This document shows positions 63,147 to 64,000 of a DNA stretch of 64,000 bases, in pieces. The position numbers were made by a program, and so were the translations under genes. Each line of letters begins with the position of its first letter. Position 1 is the stretch's first letter. Below the pieces are notes generated by a model. The model did no database searches. It had not been told where the DNA came from and was given only the letters and a program-made list of their open reading frames with translations. The stretch is from Camelus dromedarius (lineage: Eukaryota). Location of the stretch: assembly GCF_036321535.1 (NCBI RefSeq), contig NC_087472.1:94614001-94678000 (forward strand), read 5' to 3'.

Positions 63147-64000
63147 AACGAGGGTCGGAGATACAAGCATTCACTTCAAGAGACAGACAGACAGAGAGAG
63201 GAGAGAGAGAGAGAGACAGAGACGAGGGTAAGAGCTACAAGCATTCACTGCGAGAGACAGAGAGAGGGAAGAGAGAGGAGAGGGAGAGAGAGAGGAGAGA
63301 AGAGGGAGATGAGGAGGTGAGCGCGGAGATGTTCTCAGATACAAGCATTCATTCCGAGAGCGAGACCGAGAGAGAGAGAGAGAGAGAGAGAGAAAAGAGA
63401 TAGAGACGGAGGAGACAGGTTCTCAGATACAAGAATTCACCCCGAGAAAGAGAAAGAGAGAAAGGAGCGTCCAAGATAACAGAATTCACTCCGAGAAGGA
63501 CAGAGAGAGAGAGAGAGGAGGGTCGCAGATACAAGCATTCACTGCGAGAGACAGAGAGAGAGGGAGAGGAGAGAAGAGGGAGATGAGGAGGTGAGCGCGG
63601 AGATGTTCTCAGATACAAGCATTCATTCCGAGAGCGAGACCGAGAGAGAGAAAAGAGATAGAGGCGGAGGAGACAGGTTGTCAGATCCAAGAATTCACCC
63701 CGAGAAAGAGAGAGAGAGAAAGGAGCGTGCAAGATTACAGAATTCACTCCAAGAAAGAGAGAGAGAGAGAGGAGGGTCCAAGATACCAGAATTCACTCCT
63801 AGAGAGAGAGAAAGAAGACAGGAGATACTCCGATAGAAAAATTCATTCCGAGAGAGACAGAGAGAGAGAGAGAGAGGAAGGTCGCAGATAGAAGCATTCA
63901 CTTCGAGAGACAGGAGAGAGAGGAGAGAAGAGGGAGATGAGGAGGTGAGCGCGGAGATGTTCTAAGATACAAACATTCAGTCCGTGAGAGCGTGAGAGCG

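Larger units (their letters stand above)
51300..64000 (+). repeat. GA-rich complex satellite: conserved ~17-25 bp cores separated by variable (GA)n spacers; runs off the window end
   Basis: Cores such as GGGTCGCAGATACAAGCATTCAC, GGTTCTCAGATACAAGAATTCACC, GCGTGCAAGATTACAGAATTCACTCC and GATACTCTGATAGAAAAATTCATTCC recur roughly every 40-80 bp. Spacers are almost pure purine. Confidence 0.97.

Noticed and set aside
51788..63901. Long Glu/Arg-rich (plus) and Ser/Leu-rich (minus) ORFs up to 314 aa
   Set aside because: GA/TC repeats rarely contain stop codons. The frames shift with GA-run length, overlap in all frames, and show no domain or splice structure.
51300..64000. CRISPR-like repeat-spacer appearance
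   Set aside because: The context is mammalian, there are no cas genes or leader, and the spacers are low-complexity, variable in length and themselves repeated.
51300..64000. rDNA intergenic spacer or telomeric repeat identity for the array
   Set aside because: GA/TC-rich tracts occur in mammalian rDNA spacers, but no rRNA sequence or TTAGGG array is in the window, so the assignment cannot be supported here.

Overview
Mammalian genomic DNA, most likely a camelid (camel, alpaca or llama), judged from four tRNA-derived SINEs that resemble the camelid vic-1 family. I can support no protein-coding gene, rRNA gene or CRISPR array. Bases 1 to ~51,240 are AT-rich intergenic or intronic sequence with many interspersed repeats. 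These include five solo ERV1-type LTRs (three with exact 4-bp target-site duplications, TSDs), an internally deleted Tigger1, other old DNA transposons, MIR and L2 relics, and many L1 fragments. L1 density rises rightward to an almost continuous minus-strand block at ~42.7-51.2 kb. From ~51,300 to the end lies the most striking feature: a >12 kb purine-strand satellite in which a conserved ~17-25 bp core (approximately AGATA(C/G)AAG(C/A)ATTCA(C/T)T) recurs between variable (GA)n spacers. The array has distinct core classes in a fixed order, ~2.3-2.6 kb higher-order units and a divergence gradient at its left edge. A 200-N scaffold gap interrupts it, flanked by a perfect 17-bp inverted pair that I recognise from memory as PacBio barcode bc1008, so an assembly artefact. 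The many ORFs in the track are L1 remnants or low-complexity artefacts. All repeat-family names are from recall, not from a database search.
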